Shown here: in pieces, positions 62,166 through 64,000 of the stretch
Layout of the letters: every line of letters starts with the position of its first letter
Position numbering within the stretch: the first letter of the stretch is position 1
The notes under the pieces: model-generated
Seen by the model: only the letters and a program-made list of their open reading frames with translations
Databases searched by the model: none
Told to the model about the DNA's origin: nothing
From: Octopus bimaculoides
Lineage: Eukaryota
Length of the DNA: 64,000 bases
Reading direction: 5' to 3'
NCBI RefSeq assembly: GCF_001194135.2
Contig: NC_068982.1
Location: forward strand, 15,179,682 to 15,243,681
Position numbers and translations under genes: made by a program

Positions 62166-63821
62166 AGGAACTTATTGATTATATGCGTTTTGCTCCATTT
62201 ATTATTATTCTTCATATCTACTCAAAATACATCACTTTAACTTGGTATTTCTACCTATTAACCGGGTATGATATCCCAGTTTTCGTGTAATTTTTGCTAC
62301 CCTGGTAACTATTAACATATTTTCATTATCAAAGTTTTTTCAACTGAGATAATATTAATATATGCATAAATTAAAATATACACATACATATATATATGAC
62401 AGGCTTCTTTCTGTTTCCATCTACAAAATCCACTCACATAGATTTGGTTGGCACTTGACCAAGTTGTCATGCAGTGGGACTGAACTCTGAACAATGTGGT
62501 TGGGAAGCAAGCTTCTTACCACACAGCCATGTCTATGTATAATTTATTTTTAGTTATTGTAATGCATATTATTCTTAATGTGTTATGTTGTTTTGCATCT
62601 TAGATTTGTGATTGGCTTCTGGCTGATAATTAGTATTTTAATTATAGCATTATCATCATCCTTTATCCATCTGCCTTTTCCTTGCTGGATGAGATTTCTT
62701 GAGACAGCTGTATGTCTTTCCTGTTGTCAAAACTACTTGTTTTGCCTGTAATGTATATCATTTTGCATCTTTGCACCTTCAACAGCTTTGTACATTTTGC
62801 ACGCATACACAACATTATTAGCAAAATGGCAGAAGCGAAGACTTGTGGATACAAATACACACATGTATGCAAGCACATATGCACACAAACACATACATAC
62901 ACACACATACGACAAACTTCCATACAGTTCACATTTGCTACTGATGAAGCCCAAAGTAGCAGAAATGTGCATTTAGTAGTGCTACCATTGATGCTAGATG
63001 ATTTTTGTGTTATTTATACATCTATACACTATACAGTTATACACTCTACATCTATACAAGATGCTTTCTCAAAACAAATACCACAATTTAATTAGGCTTT
63101 CAATGATTTATCTGCTTGAAGGATGACACACAAATTGCTATTTTAAACTAATTCTATATATTTGATGATGTGTAATTACACAATTATTGGTGAATCATAT
63201 TTATATAATATTTAAATAATAATGTGTATAATATGGAAACTATATGAAGGCACATGACTCAGTGGTTATGGTGGTGCACTCATGATTGTGGTGTTGAGTC
63301 TTAAACTGGGCAATGCAAAGTGTATTTGGGCAAATCTCTTCATTTCACATGGGTCCAATCCACTCAGCTGGCAAAAATGAAGAATCCTTCAACAGACCAG
63401 GGTCCCATCCACTGCGGGGAGAATATATATGCCAGAGAATCCAGAAAGTCAGCTTTGAGAGCCTAAGGCCCAAGAAGGACTTTTGATCCACTTTTTGACA
63501 CACACATGCATGCGCATGCACACACACACGCACACACATACAAACATGTATATGATACAGCAAAAGAAGTATTAGAAGCCATGTTTACATACATACATAC
63601 ATACATAAAATGTTGAACTATTAATCCCTACACATTTTTCTTCTCTCATTTTTTTTCAATTCTCTCTCTCCATTTGTTTTCTCTCTCAACTCTTTCTGCC
63701 AAAGAGCATAGGCTCGAAATGTCAAAGACTTTTTCATTCTTCCCAAGCGTTAAACTAATACACCTGCTTGTTATTCTCTCACCTCCTTCATCTTTTGTTT
63801 TCGGTAAATTCAAACTATACA

Positions 63822-63854
<33 letters not shown>

Positions 63855-63903
63855 CATCATCATCATCATCATCATCGTCGTTTAACGTCTGCTTTCCATG
63901 CTA

Positions 63904-63938
<35 letters not shown>

Positions 63939-64000
63939 GAGGAGAAAGAGAATACGTATATATATATATACATATACATATACGTATATATACATATACA

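Overview
AT-rich, microsatellite- and TE-dense animal DNA with N-gaps, most likely an octopus draft assembly (inferred from the repeat families and TTAGGG repeats). One host gene is supported: a minus-strand, multi-exon C2H2 zinc-finger gene. Its probable promoter and first exons lie at ~31.1 kb. Coding exons are 20109-21178, 12483-12616, 3715-4140, 1978-2100 and 1124-1375, all phases are compatible, and they give >=668 aa with five C2H2 fingers; the 3' end may lie off the left edge. No host exon could be supported from 31.2 to 64 kb. The rest is mobile DNA: an RTE-like LINE with a PHD finger inside ORF2 plus ~20 truncated 3' copies, other RTE, CR1/L2 and R4/Dong remnants, several tRNA-derived SINE families, a mariner fossil, MITEs and four long foldback elements. 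The most notable findings are a type I hammerhead ribozyme fold at 62071-62165 in a Penelope-like context, the PHD-in-RT LINE, a ZF exon built from microsatellite, and a 5' leader with uORFs and a frame-switching 49-nt exon. Repeat boundaries were read by eye and are approximate; no database searches were run.
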